Notes under the pieces: generated by a model
What the model was told of the DNA's origin: nothing
The model's database searches: none
Seen by the model: the letters and a program-made list of their open reading frames with translations, nothing else
Made by a program: the position numbers and the translations under genes
Part shown: in pieces, positions 31,386-44,316 of the stretch
Layout: each line of letters opens with the position of its first letter
How positions within the stretch are numbered: position 1 is the stretch's first letter
From: Pelomyxa schiedti
Taxonomy: Eukaryota > Protista > Evosea
Length of the DNA stretch: 64,000 nt
Assembly: GCA_020536535.1 (NCBI GenBank)
Contig: JAHLWZ010000816.1
Coordinates: forward strand, 51,304-115,303
Direction: 5' to 3'

Positions 31386-34300
31386 ATGGCTGACGACGAG
31401 CTGATACAAGTCACCGAGATACACTTCGACATCCGCGGGATGTCATGCTCGTACCCCCACCACTTTTTTTTCTTGTTGTTAATGATAGACAAAACACAAC
31501 AAAAAACCAATCGTCTGTTAAGCCAGTAACATCAACTCCCAAAACAAACAATGTATGTGAAACAGTGGGTGTGCCAACAACATCAGAAGAACATTGAGTA
31601 ACATTGGAGGAGTGGTGGGCGCACAAGTTACCAAGCCTGATGACATGGCCCGTGTTGGTGTTTTGAAGTCGTCGGGATTGGCTAGGAGGCCGGAGATACT
31701 CGCCAATGCGATAAAGCCTCTTGCTAATGGAAAGTTTTCTGCTACTGTTAGGCCTGCGGTACCTTGTCCCTTTGTTTTTGTGGTAACTAACTTGTTATAT
31801 TTTCTTTGGTGATTAAGCAAATTGACTCTGTTGTTGTGCGACTTGGAGTTACTGGATTGACTCTGTACCTCTCCTTCTTTCAAGTTCCCTCCTTAACAGA
31901 TTCCTAAGAGAGAACAAAGAGGCACTCGAATCCCAATTGAATGCTGTGTGGGGCGTGTGGCAGGTAACTGAGGAGCCTTTTCAATGGTCAACTAATACTG
32001 AAACTCACAGACCTCAATAGATTCAGCTAACAGTTCGGCAACGATTGTAGCTACCTGTCCAGAGGCTGACATTCTATCTGCAATACACGCTCCATTCTCA
32101 GTGCAGGTGCTCACTGATGCTGAAACTGCCTTGGACTCCAGAGAAACAGAAATTGTTTTACACATTGATGGCATGTCTTGCAGGCATTTTTGTTTCTGAA
32201 AAACGCTGCAGTAAGAAGAATAACAGGGGATGTCAGTCGCGAATAGAAAAGACCTTATCGCAACTTCCATCTGTGAGATCCGCTTCTGTTGACCTTGCTT
32301 CTAAAAAGGCAACAATTTTGGGCAAGGCACCAACTTCATCTATCCTCGATGCCATTTCCAGTCTGAACAAATTCACTGCCAGAGTCGTATGCGTTCAAGA
32401 GCTTACATCTTCACCTTGCGTTAGCACAGCCCCAGCAGTTCTTCCTTTTTCTCCCCCAATCGAAGTGGCTCCTGTCTGTGACCAACAACCTCAAATGCAA
32501 AATATTTCTCCTCCTTCGCAGCCTCGGAGCGAACAGCATTTACAAGTTCAATTCTCTTCAATCCCCCATATTGACACTAATGATGCAAGGAGAAGCCGGC
32601 GTTGGGTTCTGTCTTGATTGATGTACCAGACGATATTCGTCCCTCACTGACAGTTAAGTCTTCCTTTCATCTGGAAGGTATCATTTTACTTATTGCAGAC
32701 ATAGATGACGTATTCTTCCTTTCATAGGTTTGACATGTGCCTCGTGCGTGTCCAAGGTGGAGAAGGCAGTTCTTGCCCTCACTGGCGTAGAGACTGTCTC
32801 GGTTAATCTCCTGGCGAAACACATGTCCGTTCAACACAACCCACAAGTTGCCACTATTTCCCATATTAAGGTACGAAACAAACCGTGTGCTGTTAGTCTC
32901 ATACTATTCAGGAAGCTGTTGCATGTGCCGGGTATGAAATTTTCCACGAGACTTTCCAACCTGGGATTATTGTTCTAAAATTCGGTACTCATAGAAATTC
33001 ATTTTAAACCTTCCTGATTTTAAATACAGGTGCACCTATAACCTCAGCACTGAAGAACTTCATTTTTCAGCACCAAGGAGTCTCAAATGTGAATTTTGAT
33101 ATGGAGGCAAACCAGATTCAGGTTAATTACAATAAAGCAAGCTTATGATCTAAACAATTTTCCAGATACACTTTGATACCAGGCAGACCACGGCGAGGCG
33201 TTTAATTGAACATATTGCAACAGTAGTAAAAACATTTGAGATCTCCTCTGTTGCTTCCACAAACCCGACAGCTGACGTATTGGAGTCGTTGAAGAGAACA
33301 AAAGAGACTCAATACTATAAAGAAAAGTTCCTCTACAGGTTCGGATGTTTATTCTCTCCCGGCTGCTTATTATGCTCAGTTTAATCTTTGCCATCCCTTC
33401 CTTTGTGATATTCATGTTTTTTGACATGATTCCCTCTCTATCTGGCCTATTGAATATAATTCTTATACGAGGAGCAACGGTGGCAGGGATAATTGGGTTT
33501 GTGTTATCTACACCAGTTCAGTTATGGCTGGCCTTGCCATTTTACCACAGTGCCTGGAAGGTATTTTGACAAGTTACTGATTTGAAATTTACCACTGTGA
33601 AATGCTAGGCAATACTGCACCATACAACTAACATGGATGTTCTCGTGTCCCTTGGTACGAGATTGTAGTTATTACTCACGAACTTAAGTTGTTCAGGGAC
33701 TCTCTCTGCGTATTTGTTTAGTACTTTATCATTGCTTTTGGCTCTTGACGATCCCTTCTACAAGGTTTAAATTTTTCTTACCTGTGAAAAGGTTAACTCA
33801 CACAGGCAGAATACACGTTTGAGACAAGCATTTTTTTGATCACATTTGTTTTACTTGGTAGATACCTTGAGAATTACGCCAAGGTGCATTCCCTATTTCT
33901 TTAGTAACATCACTAAAACTAGCTTTGAACAGGGAAAAACATCAGTGGCTCTCACAAAATTGATCAATCTACAAGGTGCATCCTCCAACTCCCAAATCTA
34001 TCCAATCTCTTTCCCCAGCACCATATGCTGTTTTAGTCTCTAATGGTGAGGAAAAGCGGATCGATTCCCGGTTGGTTGAAATAGGAGATATACTTAGAGT
34101 AACTCCAGGTTCATCCAAGCTCTAAAGTTATTCCCTTAAATATTGCAAAGGTGAAAAAATTCCAGCAGATGGAAAAATATTGCAAGGCGAGGCAGAAATT
34201 GACCAAAGTTTACTGACAGGTTGCTTCGCCTTCCCTGAAAGGAAAGAATGTTAAGAAAAAATAGGCGAGTCTATGCCAGTACTGAAGCGACAAGACGAAA

Positions 34301-36285
34301 ATGTAATTGCTGGGGCAATAGTCATCAATGGCACGTTTACAATGCGAGCAATGCACGTCGGTATTCTCCTTAAACGGTTTCTTTACGATTATTCATCCAG
34401 CCCAGGCACTGAAACTATGCTATCAAAAATCGTGACATTGGTAGAACAAGCCCAGACCTCAAAACCACCGATGCAAGTACCACATCTTTCCACAATCAGT
34501 TCTAACCTCATCTTGTTAGAAAATGGTAGATAAAATCTCCGGTATCTTTGTTCCAGCTGTTATTTCGGTACGTATTCGGTTTTTCCATTTTACCGTTCTC
34601 ACATCTTTTAGGCTTCCATTATCACATTTATTGTTTGGTATTTCCTCATAAAAGCCGAAATTCACCCAGTACCTGAGTGGAAGCCCTCTGGTTTGTGGTT
34701 GTACGGATATTATTGAGAGCTCACTATCCGCAGGGACCTCAGATTTCCTTTTTGCCTTCACTTTTGGGGTGTCGGTCCTAGTGATAGCATGCCCTTGTGC
34801 TATGGGACTGGCAACACCAACAGGTACATGTCAGTTTTGGAAGGGATCATCCTCACTCTTCCAGCTGTGATGGTTGGAACTGGAATTGCAGCTCGCAAAG
34901 GCATTTTAATCAAAGAAGGAAAAGCGTTTGAAACAGCTGCCAAGCTTAACGCTGTTATTTTTGGTAAAACACTGGCTCCAAGCGATTCTAATTATTTTCA
35001 CAGATAAAACGGGCACCTTGACTCTTGGCACCCCCTCTGTAACTGATTTCTTTGTTGTTGATGGTCTAGATGAACTCAGTGTGCTGGAACTTGTTGCCTC
35101 CGCCGAAAGTTTAAGCAATCATCCACTTGCCAGAGCAATTTGTACTTATGCAAAACAGTATGTATAACACATGTTTCTCACGATAGCTCATCATTTTAAT
35201 CTACTACGCTCAGGAAGTCTGTACAGACAACTGCTCCAACACATCATCAAAATATCCTTGGGGAGGGTCAAATATCCACAATTCTGGACCACCAAGTGTT
35301 AATTGGCAAGTTATCTCTTCTCCAAAAGCAAAAAATCTCCTGCCCCAGTCATTTCTCCTCCGAGTTGGCTCCAAGACTTGAGGTATAGACGCCTTTCAAC
35401 CATGCAGCCTTTAACACTTCCAGACAATGGGAAAAACATGCATTTTCGTGTCGCTAGATTCTCGCTTTGTTTGTCTTATTGGAGTTGCAGATACCATCCG
35501 GCCAGAGGCCAAGCAAGTAGTATCATCTCTTACCAACAGAGGTCTAGATGTCTATCTTCTCACTGGGGACAACAGGTGACTTTATCCACCCAAAAAAAGC
35601 AAGTTCAAGTTCTCACCTACCCCAAGGGGTACAGCACTTTCTGTAGCCTCAACTCTCGGAATTAACAACGTGATGGCAGATGTGTTACCAGACCAGAAAG
35701 TTTCGAAGTATACTCCTTTGGCCCAATCCAACAAAAAAACAAGAACAAACTAACAGAGAATTTCCCTAACCCTAGGGTCAAGGAATTACAGCAACGAGGG
35801 CTTATAACCGCGATGATAGGAGATGGCATAAATGATGCCCCGGCACTTGCGCAATCCGATGTTGGAATAGCCGTAGGAGCGGGGCAGGATGTAGCTCTTG
35901 AAGCGGCGTCAGTAGTTCTCGTAAACAGTAACCTGCAGCAAGTGGTCGACGCCATTTCCATTTCTCAGAGAACCTTCTCAAGGATCAAGCTGAATTTACT
36001 CTGGGCATGCTTTTACAACGTTCTAGGTTCTTGATTCTTTATTACTTTAAGTAGAGTTTCTTTAATAAGGTACCAGTTTGTGAATTAACTTCATTTACAG
36101 CAATACCCATAGCTGCTGGCTTCATATATCCCATAATTCACCCACAAGTTCTGCCTCCATCAGGTATGCCCTTAATCCCATCCATCCCATAATAACTTCC
36201 GCCAGTTGCTGCGCTGGCCATGGCACTTTCCTCCGTCTCCGTAGTTACCTCCTCCCTCCTTCTACAAATCGGTGAAACCCCGTGA
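31386..36285 (+). CDS. P1B-type copper-transporting ATPase (ATP7/CopA-like) with several N-terminal HMA domains, many exons
   Basis: HMA motifs GMSCS|GC, GMSC|..GC and LTCASC; NMDVLVSLGT; GEKIPADG; DQSLLTG|ES; IACPCAMGLATPT; DKTGTLT; SNHPLARAI; GDGINDAPALA; FYN and AMALSS, the P1B-1 Cu(I) signature. Confidence 0.93.
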
Positions 36286-36488
36286 ACGGCTGTGATTCCC
36301 CGAATTCTGTAAGCTTCACAACACAACGACAAAGATCCTGTGTTCACTCGCACGTTTTTGTTGTTGTGCACAACACCCAGCAGAAATTCTTGAAAGATCT
36401 GATTTACCGGCAGGAAATGTTTCAGAATCCAAACAGCGTCGAGGATCATTTATTAAAAAAAATAAATAAAAGACTGCGGTAGGTCGGT

Positions 36489-38298
36489 ATGTCGGAGGAG
36501 TCGTATACGGTGGACGGGACGGTTTTGGGGATCGCTTTGGGCGTTGCTTTTGTACGTAGTAGTACAATTACATGTTGTTTACACGTTTTTCACCTCAAAA
36601 TAGGGTGCACCCACGCTTGTCATCCTTGTTGTTTTTTGTTGCTTCTCTCTTTCAAAGAGGTGCCTTTGTTGCCGAGTCATTGTCGCAATGCTAACCTCTC
36701 GTGAAGGACCAGGGCCCGCTTGTGTCACGGCTACTACTGCAAGAAGTGCTGCGTTCAGTGTTGCAGAAAACCTTGTAAACAGTGTTGCTTTAAGTGCAAA
36801 CGTTGCTGCTGTGGGAGGGGTAGCAGGTTAGTGCCATTTACAATAATAATACGTACTTAATTTACACAGCAAGGGAAAAATCAATTCGGCTCCTTTGTTA
36901 CTGTCAAACTTCTATGGCGTATCTCTGCCTTTTTCGATTTTGTACATTGTTCTAATGACTACAAGTGGCTTGCTGCTCGAGCGGCACCAAGCAAGGAAGA
37001 TATTGAACGTTACCTTAAGTTGTATCCTTTCTTCATGGAACTTGCATCGACAACTAGACTGCCATTTCCGTCATTTGACATGTTACTAATTTGGTTTATT
37101 CACGCTGTCAATCCTCAAGACTTTATAACACCGGCTGTGTTGAAGTCAAAGCTTCTTGTAAGGGACTTTTCCTTGTTGTTCACTTAGAAACTCACCACAA
37201 CAAAAGGTTACCCCTACTCCATCAGCAGATAAACTCACCAAGCTCTGGAAGGTGAAGTACAAAGTTGATTACCCAGCAGCTCCTCCCACTACTGTTTCAA
37301 CACCATCTTCATTCCCAGTGCTCAGTATTGACACAGCACTGAAAAGGGCAACAGCGTTGCACAACTATGCTGCGTCAATGTCTACCTTCTCCGTAACCAC
37401 GTGTGGCTTGAAAACTTTTCGGTTGAGATTTGTACGACTCGTTTCATTCTATGCATCACACAAAACATCTGCCGCACCAGTTCCGGAATACGTCACCGAA
37501 ACAAGGAAGTTACTAATTCCTCCACTGCCTATGGAGTTCGTGTGGCAATCTTTTATGCTCTTACCTAAAAAGTACTCCTCAATAACCACTGGGCAGTACG
37601 CCTCTGGCCCCCTTCCACACAGTGTCATGATTCCACGACAACAGGTATGTGCAGTGACCCAACCCACAAATACTAACCCTGTTATATCATCACAGGCCGT
37701 TGAAGCGAAATTAGCTTTCAGCCGAGTTTGGGAAGAGGCTTTCCATGAACAACTGAAATTGAGGCCTCTACCACCATCAGACCCAAAACCAGCTACAACC
37801 GAGCCGGAACCAAAGCCAAAGCCAACCAAGACACACAAGAAGCACCAGAAGCACCATCACCGGAAGCCCAGTGGTAGTGGCAGTGGCAGTGGCAGTGAGA
37901 GTGGGAAAGGCAAAAAAAGTGATAGTGAAAGCAGCAGCAGCAGCAGCAGTAGTAGTAGTGATTCTGACCATACCACCACAACACCGACGGTGCTTCCAGT
38001 TGTGTGTGCAGCCTGTGCCGGCTGCACCTCCTGCGCCTCTTGCTCCGTATGCTCAGCATGCACCTCATGCAGCAGTTGCTCCACATGCTCATCTTGCTCA
38101 TCTTGCTCATCATGTTCCACCTGCTCATCATGCTCCTCCTGCTCCTCATGCACCTCATGTGCAAGCTGCAGCTCCTGCAGCAGTGGTGGTGGGGGCGGTG
38201 GGGGTGATGGGGGTGGAGGTGGAAGCTCATGCAGTAGTTGTTCAGGAGGGGGTTGCAGCAGTTGTGGAGGAGGAGGCTGTGGTGGTTGTGGTGGCTAA
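36489..38298 (+). CDS. GRDP/DUF1399-like protein with Cys-rich N-terminal segment and (Cxx)20 + Gly/Cys tail, spliced
   Basis: Two DUF1399-like motifs (LPFPSFDMLLIWFIHAVNPQDF; LIPPLPMEFVWQSFMLLPKKY); C-terminal ...CSSCGGGGCGGCGG* typical of glycine-rich-domain proteins; early exon CHGYYCKKCCVQCCRKPCKQCC. The 5' exon structure is inferred. Confidence 0.62.
38005..38184 (+). repeat. Coding 9-nt-period repeat encoding 20 consecutive C-x-x triplets
   Basis: CAA CAG CTS CAS CSV CSA CTS CSS CST CSS CSS CSS CST CSS CSS CSS CTS CAS CSS CSS within ORF 37252-38298. Confidence 0.9.
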
Positions 38299-38409
38299 CA
38301 ACAAAATTACCCCTCCAAGCTTCGAGACTTCAAAAGCATCACCAATTTTAGTTCTAATTTTTTTTTACTTCTCGAAAGAAAAGTTTTAGGCTGGGTGGTA
38401 ACTGAAACG

Positions 38410-39213
38410 ATGTATTGCGGTAATTTTGCGTTGTGGGCTATTGGATTCACTCTGTTCTGTTTCTGTGTGTTTCCTGGCGCTATTATGGTTAGACATGGCC
38501 AATCCACAGTGAAAATAAAGACGAGCTGCTTACTCTCTTTTTTCCCCTATCTACCACACAGATGGCAGTTGGGGGAGCAGGGTACAGTGATACATCCAAG
38601 AGGTGTAAGACACACTGCTGGGTAGTATGGGCCAATGTAACAGTGGACGGTGGCTCATACCAGTGCTGCACACAGCCCTCTTATAGGCAGTGCTACAACT
38701 GGGCCGACTGTTGTGACTACACCTGCCATTGCACACTCTATGCGGAATCATGCAGTGGTGTTTTTGTCCCATCTCTCAGGTCCATTTCCTATTCTAGATA
38801 AACAACACACAACTCGATGGCATTTGAAAACCAAGATCTTATCTGTTTAATATCTTGACACTACCAAGTACAGGGATGTCGATCACACAACAACCCAGTA
38901 CTCAGACTGTGCCGTTCCAGATTCCCAGTGTATAGAAGATGAATATTCCTGCATAACCACACCATCAGCAGTGAAGTTCGACAATGGAACCCAGACCTGG
39001 GAATGCTGGATTAATCCTGATCCCAATCTTGATGGAACCACATACACTACCTTTGACAGTGATTACTCTCAGACTGAGCTTGTGAATATATGTGTGGGTG
39101 CTGGTCTGTTTGGAGTTTCACTTGTGGGACTGGCTATTTTGGGACTTGCCTTTGCCTTGTACAAAATGAACATTAACATTGGCCACGACGTACAGTTCAA
39201 TTGGGGCAATTGA
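38410..39213 (+). CDS. Hypothetical Cys-rich protein with N- and C-terminal TM helices, spliced
   Basis: MYCGNFALWAIGFTLFCFCVFPGAIM|; Cys-rich exon 38562-38760; TM ICVGAGLFGVSLVGLAILGLAFAL. Confidence 0.5.
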
Positions 39214-39327
39214 GATTGACACCTTGGCAACTAGCAACGGCCGAATCATTATGATGACTGTACAAACCATTAATTCATTAAAAAATAAATACACACGGAT
39301 CTTTGGATCTGAACGTTTGCCGTGGGA

Positions 39328-40151
39328 ATGTTGTTTCTGTCGTTGGGGAGGATTGTGATCATAGACAGTACGATAGTGCAGTGGTTGTTGCGAGTCAAAT
39401 TGGCAACAAAGACATACCATGCATCAGAGAAAATGCACAAAGCCCAGCCTCTACGTGACCGTGTGGTAGGAAAAATTCATGCTCATGAGCAACACTCATT
39501 TCTTACTCTCTGAAACAAACAACATTTTGTTTGTGCATAGATGACTGGGGCTATGTTTGTTGGGTACATGGTTATGCCTTTTTTGTGGGCACTAGTGCCC
39601 AACTGGTGGATATTTGGCTCCACTTCTATTGATGTACCAGCCTATGGTTGGATTCAACTATTGGGGCTTATTGTTACTGCTGCGGGAGTGTGCCTATTCT
39701 GGCTCAGTCACAAGTTTCACTTCATTATTCTTAACGCAATGCTTCTCTAACACTACTCCCTGTTCCTTCTGGCTGTTAATTTCGCGTTTTTTTTTTTGGT
39801 GTTTGTTGCTTTGTTTGTGTTTACAGGCATTTAGGGGCTAATTGGAGCCCTTATGTGGAGGTTCTGAAGGAACAAAAGTTGATTACAACTGGCGTGTACT
39901 CATATGTGAGGCATCCAATGTACTCGGCCTTTTTCCTGCTTTCCTTTGGCCATGCACTTTCCGCTTTGAGGTGCCCTTGGGTTGCACTGTGTGGAATTGC
40001 TTCCGTTTTACTCATGTATCTCTCCCGTGTGACCAAAGAGGAGGCTGTGATGCGGGCGCAATTTGGTGTGCAGTACCAGAACTACTGTTTACACACACCA
40101 CGACTCATCCCCTGTCTTTCTCCGTGCCAATCCACAAACAAGAACAACTGA
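39328..40151 (+). CDS. Isoprenylcysteine carboxyl methyltransferase (ICMT/PEMT-like) family membrane protein
   Basis: KLITTGVYSYVRHPMYSAFFL and RVTKEEAVMRAQFGVQYQNYCLHTPRLIP. Confidence 0.82.
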
Positions 40152-40209
40152 AGAGATAGATTTTTAGTCTTAAGTCACTTAGCCAACAATACAAGTCAAA
40201 AACCCAATA

Positions 40210-42704
40210 TTACCCATCCAAAGGGTAACCAGGACCAGTGTAGTTTGTTGGGTAGTAGTATGCCTGCTCCTCCAAAGTGAGCCAGGGCATCCATACATTG
40301 TTGAAATTTGCTGGATTGGAGCGTTCATCAACTTCGGTGTAAGGTGTCCAGGGGATGACCTTGAGAATTTCGTTAGCCTATTAGCACCCCAATCTGCAAG
40401 GAATTTTTACTGCATGCTGGCGATAGAAATCAAGCCTTTGCATTAATTCCTCTACTTTATCAGGCATGCTGTCTGCAAGGTTCTGAGGAAATTAGAGGGA
40501 TTATTTTTTGGTTTTGTTGAAGTAAACAAAACTGCTGAGGATATTAACCTTGTGCTCACAGGGATCGTCCTTCAAGTTGAATAGGCACATGGAAGTATTC
40601 ATGCAAGCATAGGGAAGCAGTGGGGGCCTTGGACAGTCCACACTGAAGGTGGCATAGTCCCACTCCAAGTCTGGTGGTGGGAACCACCCTATCTCATTGA
40701 ACAACAACTCGTTGTATAACAGTTTGTAGTCACCAGCTCTAATGGCATTTACCTATAAGTGCGATTACTAATCTGCATTTTCTCTGAATGCCGGTACATA
40801 CGCGTTCCCTACCGCCGGGGACATGAACAGCATGAATTATTTCGGTTCTGGGAGATTCTGCATCAGAGGCAATAGTATCCCAGAGATCAATTCCATCACC
40901 AGGAAGATAAGGGACTTCGTTATCACCTAAACCGATTGTAAAATTTGAATCTCTCAAAAGAAAAGGAAGAGCACACCAATCGTTAGTTCATGGTGAGCAT
41001 TTGGGTCTCCTGTGGCACCACGCTTTGCTGCGGTCAACAAGCTTGGCATCCAGTCCACCACGTGGATCAATTGATTTGATGTGTATCCCGTTTTAATCAA
41101 GCCATTTCCTCTGACAAAACCTACTGCCCTCACTCCCCCTTCAAAGTACGTATCCTTTAAAGAATTGGTTAGTTGGCAGAGATAACAGCAAAGAAAGTGT
41201 ACCTTCCCTCCCCTAAGCGGGAAATTTGAACCAGCATTGTGATTGAACATTTGGATTGGGGCTCCGCCGTTATCAGTAGAAAATATAAATAGAGTGTCAT
41301 CATATATTCCCGTACTCTGTAAGAATGATATCATATCTCCGACTGTAAAATCAAGAGCGGAAACTGCTCCTGCCACACTCTTCCTCATTGCCCGAGTTGT
41401 GCAACTACCCGTGCGTGTACGTTGCCGCGCACCGCAAGTCTCGTTTTCTGGTGAAATTGTATCGTCGAATGCGTGAATGTAGGAATCTGGAGCTTGTGGG
41501 GCGTATTTATCATTTGTATTGTGCACAGTCTAGAATTTAATTCAGTTAACTGGATACAATCTCAATAAAAAGAACCTGATGAGAAAGAAACATAAAGAAA
41601 GGTTGCTCCGGTCTGGATTCAAGATGCTCTTGAATCCACTGCTTGGCGACATCGTTAAACATGAAAGTCCTAATAAGATAATAAGATACTGATATAGCGC
41701 AGTTTCACGTACCCATAGTAGTTGTCCTTGCCATAAACTGGAGTTTCAGGAGATCCTCCTACGCCCTCAAAGAGGTCCAAAGCTTGTATGCCATAGATTG
41801 CGTCGTCTATATGGATTAGAATTAGTGGCTAGGGTAACGATTGAATTTCATTTATCAATACAGCATAAACTACACACTCCAGTGGTCGAAGTAATCTTCA
41901 TCAGGTCCCAGTAAACCAAAGCTTCGGTCAAAGCCACGTAGTGAAGGCTCATATTCAGGGGATTTGGATCCAAGGTGCCTTTACGCGAAAATGAACAGAG
42001 TCGTTCGAGGTGATACATTCTTACCATTTACCAACAAGGTAAGTTGAATAATTATAAAAGGATTTGAGATGAGCTGGAAGTAATGTGTATGTTAGGTTCA
42101 AGCCTGCTGCATTGTCACCAGTGTTGTAGGGCCAATCACAGCCAGTGTGTATCTGGAACAACATAATTCAATGGGAATGTGAGTGTCTTTTCGCATAAAT
42201 TACTTTTCTTGACAAGGAGTGTATCATTACAAAAGCAAACCTGACTTCTGGCAGATAGAAGTGAGGTCCTTGTTGGAGAACACACTGCATTCGTGTAACT
42301 TAAACATGTCAGAGAAGCGGATGAAAGGAAGTAATATAGTAACTATTGGTCCAAAACGACTGTCCCTGGGTCTTTTGCAAGTGCATCAATGTTTGGTGTC
42401 GGTATCTGAGGTGAACCATGGAAACTCACATCATTCCATCTGACAGGGAAAAAAAAAATTTTAAAAGAAGAAACTAATAACCGTGGAAACACAATATTAT
42501 TATATTATCGCGGCTCACCTCAAAAAACACAAAACGCCAAAACCACAATAAACTGCCGCTTGAAAGTGGATGGACAGAAAAAAAAAAGATAGTTTACCCA
42601 AGATCATCAATGAGCATAAAAAGGATGTGGGGCGCCTTGGCCCGAGAATACACCGCCAAACCAAACACAACCACAATGATCCACCACGAAACAGAAGCCC
42701 GCAT
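40210..42704 (-). CDS. Arylsulfatase B-like Cys-type sulfatase with signal peptide, multi-exon
   Basis: MRASVSWWIIVVVFGLAVYSRAKAPHILFMLIDDLG|WNDVSFHGSPQIPTPNIDALA; active site CSPTR (CxPxR); FSTDNGG; GSNFPLRGGK; FEGGVRAVGFV; LIHVVDWMPSL; CLFNLKDDPCEH. Confidence 0.92.
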
Positions 42705-42945
42705 TTCCAACGAGAACGCACGTCTGTGTAAGAAAAGTCAAATGCAGTTTCTACAAAATTGGACAATTTCAGATGAATCGATCTTTGTTTTGTGGGCAGG
42801 GTACGGTTGAGGTGGCGGGTCTGAAGATGGACCGGCATTCTGTGTCAAATTATTGGCATCGTTCCCCTGCTGCATCAGGTTTGCGAAAACAGCTGTTTGG
42901 CAAAAAACCAGCCAACAAAGAAACTTGATCACAAACAAAACAAAA

Positions 42946-44094
42946 ATGTCGGGTGAAGAAGAGATTTTAGAAGAGGATGAAGTTATAGCATATAAAATAT
43001 TAGTTGTCGGTGCTGGCCACAGCGGCATGCATACATTCACTTTATGTTCGCTTCCTCTGACACGATTTTTCCTCTTCGTTAGGTAAATCGAGCTTGATTC
43101 ATCGAATCGTGGACAACCAATTCTCGAACGATTATATTCCGACTGTGAGTCTCCGTTCTTAAACTAATTTTGAGTGTGCTCACTTTTTTCTCTGGCATGA
43201 AGTTGGGGATAGATTTTTTGGTAAAAGAAATCGTTGTAGATAACAGAAAGGTCAGAGCGCATCTATGGGATATTGCAGGTACAAAACAACCTTGATTTTT
43301 AATTACTCCCTCTTTACTCTCACTACCAAGGTTCGTTGGTTAAAAAAAAAACCTCCCCCGAACCTTAGTAGTGAGTTGACACAAAAAATAATTAAATCAA
43401 CAAGAATACAAATTCAATCCTAAAAGGGCAAGAGAGATTCAGCAGTATGACCAGGGTTTGCATTTTTTGCCTTGAAAGAAGAAATTTTCTGACTTAGGCA
43501 AAGGTGTATTATCAAAAAGCAGTTGGCGCTTTTGTGGTCTTTGATGTCTCGTATGATCCTTCCAATCATGAATTCTGTACCAGTTAAACACTCTACAACA
43601 GAGACCCCAATACCTTCGATAAAATCTCAGAATGGAAAGAGGATATTGATAACAAGGTAGTTCTATCACCGTTTGACGTAAGGGCATACAACTCACCTTG
43701 TATGACAGGTCACATGGTCCGACGGCAGACCAATACCAGTTGTTCTTTTAGCCAACAAGGTACCCATTTGCTAGCTTCTACACCTTTTAACAATTTCGAC
43801 ATTTGTAGTGTGATATGCCAAAAGAAATGTTCTGTAAATCCGATGCAGAAATAGCCGCTGTCGCCAAAGAGTTCAATTTCATTAGCTGGTGTGTACCGCA
43901 CTTCCAATTCAACTTGACTCTCCTCACAAAGCAAAAACAGGTTCTATACAAGTGCCAAGAACAAAGAAAACCGAGGAGTGTGGGATGCCCTCAACCTACT
44001 CATTTCCACAATTGTCACCAATGATGTGCAACCAGAACCGGCACCTGCCCCAATGCCCAACCCAACACCGTCCCCAAAACGGTGTGACTGTTGA
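42946..44094 (+). CDS. Rab GTPase, Rab32/38-like, multi-exon
   Basis: YKILVVGAGHS|GKSS, YIPT|VGIDF, HLWDIAG|QERFSSMTR, DGRPIPVVLLANK|CD, TSAK; C-terminal CDC prenylation motif. Confidence 0.9.
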
Positions 44095-44316
44095 TTCCAA
44101 ACCCCTTTGTAAATGTGTTTCTTGTTTCCTTTTGTTCTCCTCTCTGTTTCGTTCCGTTTGTTTTTCTTTTTTCAAAAAAAACAAAACAAAAACAACCAAC
44201 CACCCTGAGTGTTTTCGACCGTGATCTCTCAAAGACACCGCCAAAAGTACAAGTAACAACAGCAACCAACCCACTCAGTTTCCCCCTGCGAGTTTTTGAG
44301 CCCCAGTTCTTTTTCA

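Noticed and set aside
35250-37030. ATATCCTT (about 35252) and GTATCCTT (about 37022), U12-type 5' splice-site-like words
   Set aside because: Both fall in sequence that reads as continuous coding exon (HQNILGEG; KLYPFFME), so there is no evidence of minor introns.
19793-38298. Idea that the SagB-type oxidase and the Cys/Ser-rich tail form a eukaryotic thiazole RiPP system
   Set aside because: No YcaO cyclodehydratase or E1-like partner in the window, the genes are 16 kb apart, and the Cys/Ser array is the tail of a large GRDP-like protein rather than a short precursor.
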